From Planktothrix sp. GU0601_MAG3 (GTDB lineage Bacteria > Cyanobacteriota > Cyanobacteriia > Cyanobacteriales > Microcoleaceae): a DNA stretch of 64,000 nt. The notes beneath the pieces were generated by a model. It saw only the letters and a program-made list of their open reading frames with translations. It was not told the DNA's origin and did no database searches. Shown here one piece after another: positions 1 to 10,735 of this stretch (positions are counted from its first letter, which is position 1; each line of letters opens with the position of its first letter). Position numbers and translations under genes: made by a program. The stretch lies in assembly GCA_035193785.1 (NCBI GenBank), contig CP136572.1:640001-704000 (forward strand), read 5' to 3'.

Positions 1-926
1 CAAAAGTCCGATGACCAATTCTATTTCCTATTCGACGGGCTAACCGTCCCAACTGATAGGGAAGATCTTTTTGAAAGGGTAAAGAAGCTCGACTTAACGC
101 CGTTTCTAAGTGTTTAGCTTGAGCATAAACATAATCCCTGATGTCCTTGGGTTTGATTTCTTTTTCCTGTAAATCTAACAAATCCCAGATCACTTTTTCT
201 GACCAATATAAATCACTGCAATAGGTATTTAATGTTACCATAGGTTGGTTCCAGCCATATTTTTCATAAATATCATGGATAGAATTATAAGCCCGAATAT
301 GAGCCGCCAATAAATGATTATAAGCTCGCCAAACCGCTTTAATTCCGGTAAAGTTTCCGGCGGGAAATTGACCGCTTAAATAGGTATTGAGGACTAAAAT
401 ATTGGGTTCATTAATGGTAATATACCAATGAATTGGCTGCTGTTGATGATAGTCGGTTAAACGTTGGTTAATATGGGTAACACTTACGGTCACATAATCA
501 ATAAAACAATCAATGGTTTCCGGGGATAACCAAGCATCTATTCCTAACCAGGCGGGATGGGTAAAATGATGTAAGGTGACAATAGGTTTCTAAGCCATAT
601 TGACGACAGGTAGCAATGCGTTTTGCATACTCATCTAAGACCTTAAAATTATAATTTGGGGCGGGAGAAATTTCGGGGGTTGTTGTGGGTTGAATTCGGC
701 TCCATTCTAAACTTAAGCGGAAAGAATTTAATCCTAATTCTTGACAATTAGAAAAATCTTCCCGGTAGCGCGTCCAGAATTCGGAGGCGTTTCCAGTCCT
801 CATTACCTTGCCTTTTTGTTCACTTTCTGACCAGTTATTTTGAGGTTGTCCCACACCATTATAACCCCCTTCACTTTGATATCCAGACGTAGCAACGCCC
901 CATAAAAAGTTACTGTTATTAGTCAA
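1..926 (-). CDS. Glycoside hydrolase family 1 (beta-glucosidase-like), 3' end runs off the window; 1-bp insertion at 586-590
   Basis: FLWGVATSGYQSEGG, FRLSLEWSRIQP. After removing one base the frame continues EPIVTLHHF...ITINEPN (GH1 acid/base motif). Confidence 0.85.
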
Positions 927-954
927 AATTCAATCTCCTTTATGTTTCTAAAAA

Positions 955-1002
955 CTATTGCCTATTCCCCATTGCCTATTGCCTATTCCCCATTGCCTAT
1001 TG
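955..1002. repeat. Short tandem heptamer-type repeat (CTATTGC/CTATTCC/CCATTGC) overlapping the 3' end of the GT28 gene
   Basis: ctattgcctattccccattgcctattgcctattccccattgcctattg read directly. Confidence 0.75.
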
Positions 1003-2125
1003 TAATTTGTGATAAAATATTCTCGGCAATATTCAGCGCCGCCCGGGGTTCTCCTAATTCTAAAGCAGCCGTTTGAATTTGGGCTAGTCTTTCGGAGTGG
1101 TTTAACAGAAACTTTACACAAGGAGCAACCATTTCGGGTAATTTTAACTGTACTCCCGCCCCCGCCGCCACAACTAAATCAGCATTCCATTCTTCTTGAC
1201 CAGGAAAGGGGTCTACAATAATCATTGGTGTTCCTCTAGCCAAGATTTCACTAACAATTAATCCCCCCGCTTTGGTAATTACTAAATCACTCGCCACGAC
1301 TAAATCATCCACATAATCAATTAAGCCTAATTTCCGCAATTCTATTTCTGGAGTGGAGTCTAATTCTGCCAAACCATCTAACACCTGTTCATTTCGTCCT
1401 GCTGCTACAATTAATGTTCCAATTTCCGAACTATCCATCAGTTGGGAAACCATCAAACGTATCCGTTTATAATGTAAACCTCCGCCAAATATTGTCACCA
1501 CAGGTTTGTCTATTCGTAAGTTGTGACGTTGCCGAATTTCGACTTGAGATTTAGTTTCTAATACTTCCAGTTTAATCGGAATTCCAGTCACATGAAGAAT
1601 TGCCGGGTCAACTCCTCGCTTAATTAGAAAATCCGTAGTTAAATCATTGGGTAAATAATAACCATCTACCTCTTTATTAATCCAACTACTATGAGCAATA
1701 ACATCGGTAATTACGACATAATGGGGTTTGGATATTCTTTCTTCTTCTTCTAATAATTGTAACAAACGGCTGGGAATTTGTTGAACACAGACAATGGCAT
1801 CGGGATTAACTTCTTCAATAAAATGCCGCAGTTTTCTAAAAAAAACTCGCTCTAGTTTAGCGGTAACAATATTTAATTCTAAAGACCGTTCTAAATCTTC
1901 TACATCTGTCCCCTCATAATAGGCGCGATAAATTTGGGGGGCTTTTTCGCTCAATTGTTTATAAATACTGGTAACGGTATTCCGATAAATAGGACTAGCA
2001 TAATCTAAAGCATCTTCTACCGTAACGGTGACGTCAGGAAAATGGGAAAAGGCTTGATTTAACGCTTTAGCGGCGCTATTATGCCCAGCGCCTAAAGAAG
2101 AATACAATATCAAAATATGAGTCAT
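983..2125 (-). CDS. GT28 MGDG synthase/UgtP-like diacylglycerol glycosyltransferase
   Basis: ILILYSSLGAGHNSAAKAL, VITD...H..W, TGIPI, DLVITKAGGLIVSE, PGQEEWN motifs. Confidence 0.85.
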   Translation of the reverse strand: MTHILILYSSLGAGHNSAAKALNQAFSHFPDVTVTVEDALDYASPIYRNTVTSIYKQLSEKAPQIYRAYYEGTDVEDLERSLELNIVTAKLERVFFRKLRHFIEEVNPDAIVCVQQIPSRLLQLLEEEERISKPHYVVITDVIAHSSWINKEVDGYYLPNDLTTDFLIKRGVDPAILHVTGIPIKLEVLETKSQVEIRQRHNLRIDKPVVTIFGGGLHYKRIRLMVSQLMDSSEIGTLIVAAGRNEQVLDGLAELDSTPEIELRKLGLIDYVDDLVVASDLVITKAGGLIVSEILARGTPMIIVDPFPGQEEWNADLVVAAGAGVQLKLPEMVAPCVKFLLNHSERLAQIQTAALELGEPRAALNIAENILSQITIGNGE

Positions 2126-2262
2126 AAGTATTAAGAGTTGTTAGGGTTAAACCAATTTAAAGTTAACTTATTATAGATATTTGTATTTTATCATAATTTT
2201 GTATGAATGGTATAAAAAATTTGTTTGTAAAGGGAATAAACAGACAAAAAAAATAATGCTTA

Positions 2263-2291
2263 GTAAAGACGTTCCATGGAAACGCCTCTAC
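2263..2291. repeat. GTAG-type REP palindrome (GTAAAGACGTTCCATGGAAACGCCTCTAC)
   Basis: Imperfect palindrome with a CTAC foot, just downstream of pepP. Confidence 0.65.
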
Positions 2292-2295
2292 AATT

Positions 2296-3607
2296 TTATC
2301 TTTCCATTGCTTCCACAGACTTAGGAACCCCGACACTTAAAACTTCATACCCGCCAGAAGTTACTAAGACATCATCTTCAATTCTTACCCCAATTCCCCG
2401 CCAACATTCGGGGATTTCCGGTTGTCCTTCAACGGGTTTAATATTAGGAGAAATATAGATACCCGGTTCAACTGTTAGTATCTGTCCGGGTTGCAAGGGT
2501 TGAGGATTTTCACCCCATTGATATACCCCCACATCATGCACATCTAACCCTAACCAATGTCCGGTTCGGTGCATATAAAAAGGCTTATATTTTTCTTCCT
2601 TAATAATTTCCTCAATATCTCCAACTAATAACCCTAAATCTATTAAACCTTCCACCAAAACTCGCACCGCAGTATCATGGATATTTTTATAAGGATTTCC
2701 GGGTTTAACTTGTTCAATGGTGGCTAATTGGGCTTTTAAAACCAGTTCATAAATAATCTTTTGTTCTGGTGTGAATTTACCGCTAATCGGAAAAGTTCTA
2801 GTAATATCTCCATTATAATATTGATAACAACATCCGGCATCAATTAACAGTAAATCATTATCTTGCATTTGACAATTATTTTCCACATAATGCAAAATAC
2901 AGGCATTTTTTCCCGATGCCACAATCGAAGGATAGGCAATATTTCCCCCATTTAAGCCAAAAATATGTTCAATTTCTGCTTGAATTTCATACTCATAACG
3001 TCCGGGTTGAGCAAATTCCCTCGCGTGGTTATGGGCTTTTACAGATATTTCTATAGCTTTCCGCATTAACTCTAATTCGGCTTCACTTTTAATTAAGCGG
3101 ATGGGATGTAATATATTACAAACATCCTCTATCGCAATCGGCCCCGTACCGTGTTTAGGATAAACTCTTAATAGTCTTTGCCAATGTTTTAAAATCTTTT
3201 CATTAAATTTTTCATCCCGTCCTAAGCGATAATAAATCCGGTCGGCTTTTTGTAAATATTGGGGTAATTTTTCATCTAGTTCATTAATAGGATAAACTTC
3301 ATCCGCCCCATAGAGTTTCTTTAGCTTTTTCTACTCCGGTAATATACCCTGACCAAGTTTCTTTTTCTGGGTTTTGCGGTTGGACAAATAAAACAAATTT
3401 GTGTTCTTCATGGTGAGGGGCAAAAACAGCAACTGCATTTGCTTCATTAAACCCGGTTAAATAGAAAAAATCACTATCTTGGCGAAAATTATATTCCACA
3501 TCATTGTGCATAACTGCCATCGGCGCACTTCTAAAAATGGCAGTTCCCTGCCTAATATTTGCCATTAATTGTTCCCGTCGTTGCCGATATTCTGTTTGAG
3601 TAATCAT
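2296..3607 (-). CDS. pepP: Xaa-Pro aminopeptidase (aminopeptidase P), ~436 aa after removing the insertion at 3315-3319
   Basis: N-terminal FRQDSDFFYLTGF. Catalytic LIDAG, DITRTFP, HRTGHWLGLDVHD, TVEPGIY, GVRIEDD. Confidence 0.93.
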
Positions 3608-3627
3608 CCTTTATATCTCCTAAAATT

Positions 3628-3679
3628 GTAGTGAGGCGTGAACGCATCAGAGGCAGAAAGCCCTAAAGGGCTTACTACG
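3628..3679. repeat. Inverted GTAG-REP doublet (GTAGTGAGGCG... / AAGCCCTAAAGGGCTTACTAC)
   Basis: The AAGCCC-GGGCTT-ACTAC hairpin recurs at ~8818-8839, ~13790-13810 and ~41523-41543. Confidence 0.7.
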
Positions 3680-3685
3680 GGTGAT

Positions 3686-3720
3686 AAAAAACAAGGGTTA
3701 AGCCATGCTTTACCCTTGTT
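3686..3720 (-). terminator. Likely intrinsic terminator of ftsH
   Basis: AACAAGGGT...ACCCTTGTT stem with a flanking A-run (U-tract on the minus strand) just after the ftsH stop. Confidence 0.65.
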
Positions 3721-3751
3721 AATTTTAAGTTAATTGTGACGGAAATTGAGA

Positions 3752-5635
3752 TTAAATTGCAGCGACAAACCGTTCCTTTTCAGGAACTTCTGTGTACTCG
3801 GCTACAATTTGCCGAAATTCATCGCCGTCGATGCTTTCTTTTTCAATCAAAAGATCAACTAACCGATCAATTACGCCCCGGTTTTCCCGAATAATTTCGC
3901 AGGAACGTTGATAACAATGTTCGGCAATAATCCGAATTTGATCATCAATGCGAGAGGCAATTTGATTAGAATATTCCGTGCGAGTGGCAAAGTCCCGACC
4001 GAGGAACACTTCCTGTTGAGATTCTAAGGACAATGGCCCTAAATCCGACATTCCGTAACGAGTTACCATCTGACGCGCCATGCCCGCCACCTGTTGTAAA
4101 TCGCCCCCAGCACCCGTTGTTACTTCCGAATCGCCAAAAATGATATCTTCGGCTGCCCGACCGCCCAAGGCCCCAGTAATCCGGGCTAGGATTTGAGAAC
4201 GGGAAATCAACCCTTGATCTTCATCGGGCATAAACCAAGTTAAACCCTGGGCTTGACCCCGGGGAATTAAGGTGACTTTCTGCACCGGATCATGGTCTTT
4301 AAGCAGGGTTCCAACGATCGCATGACCGACTTCGTGGTAAGCAATCAATCGTTTGCTCTTGCCATCAATTAAAGGCGTTCCTTCCATCCCGGCAATCACC
4401 CGATCCACCGCATCATCAATTTCGATCATGGTCATGCCTTCTTTGCGACGGCGGGCGGTTAGAATTGCCGCTTCGTTCAGCAGGTTGGCCAAGTCAGCCC
4501 CGGTAAACCCAGGAGTCCGACGGGCGATCGCTTCTAAGGAAACTTCCTCGGAAATTTTCTTATTGCGGGCGTGCACTTCCAATACCGCTAAACGGCCCTT
4601 AATATCGGGGGCGTCTACGGTAATTTGACGGTCAAACCGACCCGGACGTAAGAGGGCGGAGTCGAGAACGTCAGGGCGGTTAGTAGCGGCAATAATAATA
4701 ATTCCGGTATTGCCCTCAAACCCATCCATTTCGGTTAATAATTGGTTGAGGGTTTGTTCCCGTTCGTCGTTACCACCACCAATTCCGGCTCCCCGTTGAC
4801 GACCTACGGCGTCAATTTCATCAATAAAGACGATACAAGGGGCGGTTTCCTTGGCTTTTTTGAACAGGTCACGCACCCGGGAGGCGCCGACACCGACAAA
4901 CATTTCTACAAATTCCGAACCGGAGATACTAAAAAAAGGCACTCCGGCTTCCCCGGCGATCGCTTTAGCTAATAAAGTTTTACCTGTCCCTGGAGGGCCA
5001 ACTAATAATACTCCTTTAGGAATTCTCGCACCCACGGCGGTAAACTTTTCCGGTTTTTTCAGGAAAGTAACCACTTCTTGCAATTCTTCTTTGGCTTCTT
5101 CTACCCCAGCCACATCATCAAACAGGACTCCGGTTTTGGCTTCCATTTGAAATTTAGCTTTGGACTTGCCAAAGTTCATGGCTTGACCGGGGCCACCGGG
5201 AACATTATTCGACCGACGGAATAGAAAAAATAGACCAGCAATTAATAAAATCGGGAAGATCAGATTTCCCAATAGTCCCCAGAGAGCGCCATCATTCCGA
5301 GGGGGGTGGGTATCAAAACTAATTTGGGACTCTCGTAGGCGGGCAATCAATTCTGGGGCGTTATTGGGTAAGTCCACCCGCAGTTTTTGCACCCGGTTAT
5401 CGAGTTGGGGATCAATGGCATCGACAATGGCCGTGCGTCCGCCATCATAGAGTTCTACACTGGTCACGCGACCCGCATTCAGATAGTCTAAAAAACGACC
5501 ATAGCTCATGCGAGTGCTGGCGGTGTTTTTACCGAATTCTGCGGGGGCCGTGGCAAAAGCTCCCTGCCAGACAAAAAACCCGATGACTAAGGCGGGTAAA
5601 GTCCAAAGCAGTATGGTTTTCCAGGATGTTTTCAT
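3752..5635 (-). CDS. ftsH2: ATP-dependent zinc metalloprotease FtsH2 (thylakoid, D1 repair type)
   Basis: Two TM segments, RMSYGRFL lumenal motif, Walker [14 protein letters not shown] zinc motif, 627 aa. Confidence 0.95.
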   Translation of the reverse strand: MKTSWKTILLWTLPALVIGFFVWQGAFATAPAEFGKNTASTRMSYGRFLDYLNAGRVTSVELYDGGRTAIVDAIDPQLDNRVQKLRVDLPNNAPELIARLRESQISFDTHPPRNDGALWGLLGNLIFPILLIAGLFFLFRRSNNVPGGPGQAMNFGKSKAKFQMEAKTGVLFDDVAGVEEAKEELQEVVTFLKKPEKFTAVGARIPKGVLLVGPPGTGKTLLAKAIAGEAGVPFFSISGSEFVEMFVGVGASRVRDLFKKAKETAPCIVFIDEIDAVGRQRGAGIGGGNDEREQTLNQLLTEMDGFEGNTGIIIIAATNRPDVLDSALLRPGRFDRQITVDAPDIKGRLAVLEVHARNKKISEEVSLEAIARRTPGFTGADLANLLNEAAILTARRRKEGMTMIEIDDAVDRVIAGMEGTPLIDGKSKRLIAYHEVGHAIVGTLLKDHDPVQKVTLIPRGQAQGLTWFMPDEDQGLISRSQILARITGALGGRAAEDIIFGDSEVTTGAGGDLQQVAGMARQMVTRYGMSDLGPLSLESQQEVFLGRDFATRTEYSNQIASRIDDQIRIIAEHCYQRSCEIIRENRGVIDRLVDLLIEKESIDGDEFRQIVAEYTEVPEKERFVAAI

Positions 5636-6067
5636 AAATTGTATTGCCCGAGGTTATCGAATATGGAATCTGTGATCGCGTTTTGTTATTCATAATCTTA
5701 ACTAAATTTAACGTAATATTTCAGCATCAGGCAACTGACTTCCCTAAAATTGTGGTAATAGCTAGGGAGGCCATGGAAGGGAACAATGGTGCATCATGGC
5801 TTTCCATCAGACTTCCGGTAAGACCTCAATTTGATCAGAAGACTCAAAAGTCGTTATTTTCGGTGATTAACGTGGTTTTAAATTGAGTACAACCCAATAG
5901 CTATAATGATTACAGGGTTTACCGGGCTCAGTTGCTTCTGTGGTTCTCTCCTGAAAGAACTCAAAATCCCAGATTTTACTGGTTGTTGTCGGTTTTTTGA
6001 AAGTAGGTAAAATTGGCAACAGATAAGGCATTATATATTTTGAATCTCCGTGAGGTAACATATTCCG

Positions 6068-7177
6068 ATGCAAGGTGGTAACAAACAGCCCGGACAACCA
6101 GCAGCCGCAGCCGCGGCTGCTTCAATGCTGAGTCGGCAAACGCCGACGGCAGGCAAAAAAACGATTTTAAGTATTGATTTAGGACGGACATCGACAAAGG
6201 CCTCCATCAGTCGGAACCCGAATGAAGTCGTTTTTATTCCCTCTAATATCAAAGCACTGACGGTGGATACCGCTAGAGGCGGTGGCTTTGAGTCCAAAAA
6301 TACCGATCCCCTTCTGGATATTTGGGTGGAATATCAGGGAACAGGTTATGCCGTTGGTCAACTCGCGGCTGACTTTGGCGCCAGTTTGTTCAAAGATGGT
6401 TCCGATTCTCCTTCCAAAGTTGATGATGCTTTAATTAAACTTTTTGCTTGTGTCGGCTACTTCAAGTTACAAGGCGATATTGATGTTGTTCTAGGACTGC
6501 CTTTCTATTCTCAATCACAATTTGAGCAGGAGAAGGAACATATCACTCGGTTACTCAGTGGAACCCACGAGATGCTCTATCGGGGCGAAAAGATCGCCGT
6601 TAATGTGACTACGGTTCGGATCATGCCCGAGGGCTATGGCAGCTTGATTTGGCTGGAAGCTCAAGGCGGCACAGCAGTTCCCAATTTTGCCGATCTCTCC
6701 GTTGCAATTGTGGATGTTGGCCATCAAACTACCGATTTCTTAACGGTTGATCGCTTCCGATTTGCCAGGGGGGTTTCTCAAAGTGACACCTTTGCTATGG
6801 GTAAATTCTACGAAGAAGTGGCGAGTAAAATTGAAGGGGCTGATAGTCAGTCTCTCTATTTACTGGAAGCGGTTCATAAACCCGCCGGAGAACGGTTATA
6901 TCGTCCCCGGGGAGCCGTTAAACCTTTTAACTTAGATGACATTATCCCCGATTTACGGAAAAATTTTGCCCGGGATTTATCCGATCGCGTTGTTAAATGG
7001 TTACCCGAACGGGTGACGGATGTGGTCGTGACCGGGGGCGGTGGCGAATTTTTCTGGGAAGATCTACAACCCCTGCTCAAAAACGCAGGTCTGAGAGCCC
7101 ATTTAGTTCAACCTTCGCGTAAAGCTAATGCTTTAGGACAGTATGTCTATGGTGAAGCTCAGTTAGCCCGACGTTAA
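6068..7177 (+). CDS. Chromosomal ParM/StbA-family actin-like ATPase (CorM-like)
   Basis: Actin-fold phosphate-1 SIDLGRTSTK, connect-1 MPEGYG, phosphate-2 IVDVGHQTTD, adenosine VVTGGGG. Confidence 0.88.
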   Translation: MQGGNKQPGQPAAAAAAASMLSRQTPTAGKKTILSIDLGRTSTKASISRNPNEVVFIPSNIKALTVDTARGGGFESKNTDPLLDIWVEYQGTGYAVGQLAADFGASLFKDGSDSPSKVDDALIKLFACVGYFKLQGDIDVVLGLPFYSQSQFEQEKEHITRLLSGTHEMLYRGEKIAVNVTTVRIMPEGYGSLIWLEAQGGTAVPNFADLSVAIVDVGHQTTDFLTVDRFRFARGVSQSDTFAMGKFYEEVASKIEGADSQSLYLLEAVHKPAGERLYRPRGAVKPFNLDDIIPDLRKNFARDLSDRVVKWLPERVTDVVVTGGGGEFFWEDLQPLLKNAGLRAHLVQPSRKANALGQYVYGEAQLARR

Positions 7178-7188
7178 TTTTGTGAGTT

Positions 7189-7230
7189 CAACCCGTCCTG
7201 AACTCAGTTCCACTGGGCAAGGGCGGGTTT
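7189..7230. repeat. Hairpin between the parM-like and parR-like genes
   Basis: AACCCGTCCT...AGGGCGGGTT inverted repeat. Confidence 0.5.
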
Positions 7231-7359
7231 AATTTTGGTTCGAGAGTATCCCGATTCTGATAGACTAAAAAACAGTGGATCTGGTTAATTATTATTTGAA
7301 TCAAAATTTTCCAGACTCCAAAATCAATAATGGGATAACAGTAGGTCTGGACTTATATT

Positions 7360-7932
7360 ATGCTGTGGGCAAATCGCAAACAAACTCAGTCGGTGACATT
7401 CACGGAAGATGCCGCAGATCAGACATTATTAGATGCTATTGAAAAGGAATTATCCCAGGCAAAGTATCAAACCTTTAGCAATCTTTGTAAACAAGCTCTG
7501 TGGCAATTTCTATTATTATCTAAATCCGAACCCACACCTCCGCCACCTGAGACTCCTAACCCAAATTCACCTCCCGTTTTACCTGTTTTACCGAATTTAC
7601 AGCCCCTGGAAGAACGGTTATCTGAAATTCACAATAAACTAACGGATTTAGAGAAAAAAGTCATAGCTGATGATGGTACTAAAACTGAACGATGGGAAAC
7701 GCAATTCCATCAGTTAACTCAACAAGTGACTCAATTACAAACATCAATTAACCAAAAATTAGCTCAAATTGCGATCGGTTTAGAAACGGTTCAATCCCAA
7801 CCTGTGATCGTTATGGAGTCAAAATCTCCCCAACCAGAACCAGAACCAGAAACCGTCTCTCCCTCTCAAGAAGCAATGGCGGAAGCCGATCCTTTACTGA
7901 AACGTTTAGGTTCTTTATTAGATGATTTTTAA
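7360..7932 (+). CDS. ParR-like adaptor (CorR-like): N-terminal ribbon-helix-helix-like segment, Pro-rich linker, coiled coil, acidic C-terminal tail
   Basis: Directly downstream of the parM-like gene. QSVTF...TLLDAIEKEL...TFSNLCKQALW pattern. C-terminus DPLLKRLGSLLDDF. Confidence 0.7.
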   Translation: MLWANRKQTQSVTFTEDAADQTLLDAIEKELSQAKYQTFSNLCKQALWQFLLLSKSEPTPPPPETPNPNSPPVLPVLPNLQPLEERLSEIHNKLTDLEKKVIADDGTKTERWETQFHQLTQQVTQLQTSINQKLAQIAIGLETVQSQPVIVMESKSPQPEPEPETVSPSQEAMAEADPLLKRLGSLLDDF

Positions 7933-7934
7933 GG

Positions 7935-8029
7935 GAATTACGAATTACGAATGGGTAATGGGGAATGGGTAATGGGTAATGGGTAATGGGTAATGGGTAA
8001 TGGGTAATGGGTAATGGGTAATGGGTAAT
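7935..8029. repeat. STRR heptamer array (GAATTAC)x2 then ~(GGGTAAT)x11 between convergent genes
   Basis: Read directly. Confidence 0.95.
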
Positions 8030-8056
8030 AGAAAAAAAGAATCTACTGTTTGTTAT

Positions 8057-8800
8057 TTATAATTCCTCACTTTTTAGGAGGATAAACTCTCCTAATGTTT
8101 GACGTTGAGCCTGTAATAATTCTTTAATTCCTAGTTCGGCAAAATCCAAAATTTTATTTAATTTCTCCCGGCTAAAACTACCGGATTCTGCGGTTCCTTG
8201 GATTTCAATAATTTCTAATTCTTCAGTCATCACCAAATTAAAATCAATATCGGCGGCGACATCTTCGGGATAATTCAAATCTAAATAGGGTTCTCCTGCT
8301 AATAATCCCACAGAAATTGCTGCAATTTGATGACAGATGGGTAATTGTTGGAGTTGTCCTTTTTCCACTAAGGAATTTAAGGCATCAACTAATGCCACAA
8401 ACCCCCCGGTAATGGCCGTGGTTCGTGTTCCAGCATCCGCTTGAATTACATCCGCATCAACGGTAATTGTAAATTCTCCTAATGCTTTTAAATCCACTGC
8501 GGCTCTTAAACTCCGTCCAATTAATCGTTGGATTTCTTGGGTGCGTCCCGATAATTTGAACGACTCCCTCGGTTGACGTTGGGGTGTGGCCCCGGGTAAC
8601 ATTCGATATTCTGCGGTTAACCATCCCTGTCCTGTATTCTGTAAAAATTTGGGCACTCCTGGCTCAATATTAACCGTACATAAAACCCGTGTATCTCCAC
8701 TTTTTGCCAACACAGAACCAGGGGAAAAACGGGTAAAATTCCGTTCAAAACTTACGGGACGAAGTTGATTTGGTTCTCGATGATCAGGACGTTTCCACAT
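8057..8800 (-). CDS. rph: Ribonuclease PH
   Basis: [32 protein letters not shown]. Start placed at MWKRPD (ATG 8800). Confidence 0.95.
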   Translation of the reverse strand: MWKRPDHREPNQLRPVSFERNFTRFSPGSVLAKSGDTRVLCTVNIEPGVPKFLQNTGQGWLTAEYRMLPGATPQRQPRESFKLSGRTQEIQRLIGRSLRAAVDLKALGEFTITVDADVIQADAGTRTTAITGGFVALVDALNSLVEKGQLQQLPICHQIAAISVGLLAGEPYLDLNYPEDVAADIDFNLVMTEELEIIEIQGTAESGSFSREKLNKILDFAELGIKELLQAQRQTLGEFILLKSEEL

Positions 8801-8846
8801 AATTAATTCAAAGTAATTGTAGTAAGCCCGACTGGGCTTTATCCAT

Positions 8847-9402
8847 CTATTCTGACTTGAGACGTTGACAAATTTCTTGATAAATTTGTTCTGGAGATTG
8901 CTCCCCATTAATATCTAACAGACGATTGGTGAGTTGATAATACTCTAAAATTGGAACCGTGCGTTGATAAAATAACTCAATGCGACGTTCAATAATTTGG
9001 GGTTGGTCATCGGCTCGCGATCGCCCTAATGAACGCCTTTTTAACACTAATTCTGGCACATTAAAATAAATAGCCCAATTTAATTTTTGTTCTAAATCTT
9101 CTAATAAAAAATCCAGTTTCTTCCGCCTGAAATGCGGTGCGGGGATAACCGTCTAAAAGCCAACCTTGACCCACATTTGGATCAAGCAATTGTTGACGGA
9201 CAAATTGAATCATAATTTCGTCTGGGACTAACTCCCCTTGTTCTACATAGGGTTTAGCTTGTTGACCCAATTCCGTATCAGAAATGATCCTTTGTCTCAA
9301 AATCTGACCCATATCCAAGCAAGGAATACCCAAATCACTGCATAACAGTTTGGCTTGAGTGCCCTTTCCGGCTCCTGGGCCACCTAGAATCACCAGTCTC
9401 AC
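8847..9402 (-). CDS. adk: Adenylate kinase family protein (short-lid), ~184 aa after removing the insertion at 9116-9120
   Basis: [12 protein letters not shown]-loop, [18 protein letters not shown] motif. Confidence 0.88.
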
Positions 9403-9453
9403 AATATTTAGCTCCCCCGATGTTCAAGTTTGACCATTGTTTAAATTCTTGAT

Positions 9454-10020
9454 TTAGTTTCCACCTTTAACCATGCCCAAAACCGATGTCGGATTTAACA
9501 AAAATGATGCACCTTTTTGAGTAATTTCTTCAGAAAGATGAATTTGTTTTAAGGTAACTAAGCCATCATTAATATATAAATCTCTGACCATTGCCTTTTC
9601 TCCAGAATTGAAAACTGTTTCATAAAACACTTCCTTAATTCCCGTGGAAATAATTAATTTTAAACAGGAAATACAAGGTTCCAAGGTAACATAAATACTT
9701 CCCCCCTTACAACAAATTCCGTGTTTTGCCGCCTGTGCGATCGCATTGGCTTCTGCGTGCACCGCCCGGGAGGGTAACACCGAACTTGCATCACAGGTGC
9801 TTAACCCTGGATAACAATAACCCTGGGTAGTACAATGAATTGAACCCGAGGGCGACCCATTATAACCTGTAGCCAGTATTTGTCGGTCTTTAACAATAAC
9901 TGCACCCACGGGAAATACTAAACAGGTGGAGCGCGTTGCTACCAGTTTAGCCATCATCATAAAATACTCATCCCAAGTCGGTCGCAGGGGCGGTTGATAG
10001 TTTTCTGGTAAGTCTTCCAT
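9454..10020 (-). CDS. dCMP deaminase (ComEB/DCTD family)
   Basis: RPTWDEYFM, RSTC, TGYNG, HAEANAI, PCISC zinc motifs. Confidence 0.9.
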   Translation of the reverse strand: MEDLPENYQPPLRPTWDEYFMMMAKLVATRSTCLVFPVGAVIVKDRQILATGYNGSPSGSIHCTTQGYCYPGLSTCDASSVLPSRAVHAEANAIAQAAKHGICCKGGSIYVTLEPCISCLKLIISTGIKEVFYETVFNSGEKAMVRDLYINDGLVTLKQIHLSEEITQKGASFLLNPTSVLGMVKGGN

Positions 10021-10039
10021 GCTAATAAAATCGTGAAAA

Positions 10040-10486
10040 TTAGTGGGGTTTGGTGGAGATTAATCCCGTAGACCCAAATCCATTATCGCCTCTTTTTGTA
10101 TCACTTAACTGTTGAACTTCTTCAATCTCTACCCGCAAAACCGGGGCGATCACCATTTGAGCAATTTTCATGCCTTTTGTAATATTAAAGGATGTTTTGC
10201 CATGGTTAATCAAAATCACTCCGATTTCTCCCCGATATCCGGTGTCAATGGTTCCAGGAGCATTCAAAACGGTGATTTGATGTTTTAAGGCTAAACCACT
10301 TCTGGGTCGAATTTGGGCTTCTGTTCCTGGGGGTAATTCTATGGCAATTCCGGTGGGAATTAATTGACTTTCTCCGGGAGAAATTGCGGTATTGGCGATC
10401 GCAAATAAATCTAATCCCGCATCTCCAATATGAGCATATTGAGGTAAAATCGCGGCTTCATTCAGTTTTAAAATGTTTAATTTCAT
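10040..10486 (-). CDS. dut: Trimeric dUTP diphosphatase
   Basis: [33 protein letters not shown]. Confidence 0.96.
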   Translation of the reverse strand: MKLNILKLNEAAILPQYAHIGDAGLDLFAIANTAISPGESQLIPTGIAIELPPGTEAQIRPRSGLALKHQITVLNAPGTIDTGYRGEIGVILINHGKTSFNITKGMKIAQMVIAPVLRVEIEEVQQLSDTKRGDNGFGSTGLISTKPH

Positions 10487-10500
10487 ATTAGGAAACAGGG

Positions 10501-10579
10501 ATCACGGATTTAAGAGGATTTCACGGATTTCACGGATTTTAATATTTGTTAATCTGCGTCATCCGCTTAAATCTGTGAT
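10501..10579. repeat. Small palindromic dispersed element with 19-bp terminal inverted repeat and internal CACGGATTT repeats
   Basis: ATCACGGATTTAAGAGGAT versus ATCCGCTTAAATCTGTGAT (2 mismatches). A related copy lies at ~20206-20275. Confidence 0.7.
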
Positions 10580-10580
10580 A

Positions 10581-10735
10581 GGTAATGGGTAATGGGTAAT
10601 GGGTAATGGGTAATGGGTAATGGGTAATGGGTAATGGGTAATGGGTAATGGGTAATGGGTAATGGGTAATGGATAATGGGTAATGGGTAATGGGTAATGG
10701 GTAATGGACTGATGACTGATGACTGATGACTGATT
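10581..10735. repeat. STRR arrays ~(GGGTAAT)x18 plus (GACTGAT)x4 between thyX and dut
   Basis: Read directly. Confidence 0.95.

Noticed and set aside
4353..5150. Antisense ORFs within ftsH (likewise those within infB at 51597-54283 and the parM-like gene)
   Set aside because: Shadow ORFs on the opposite strand or alternate frame of conserved genes, with no recognisable motifs
5640..7360. Integrated plasmid or parC centromere near the parM-like gene
   Set aside because: No iterons, rep, relaxase, integrase or att-like repeats seen; flanks are core genes
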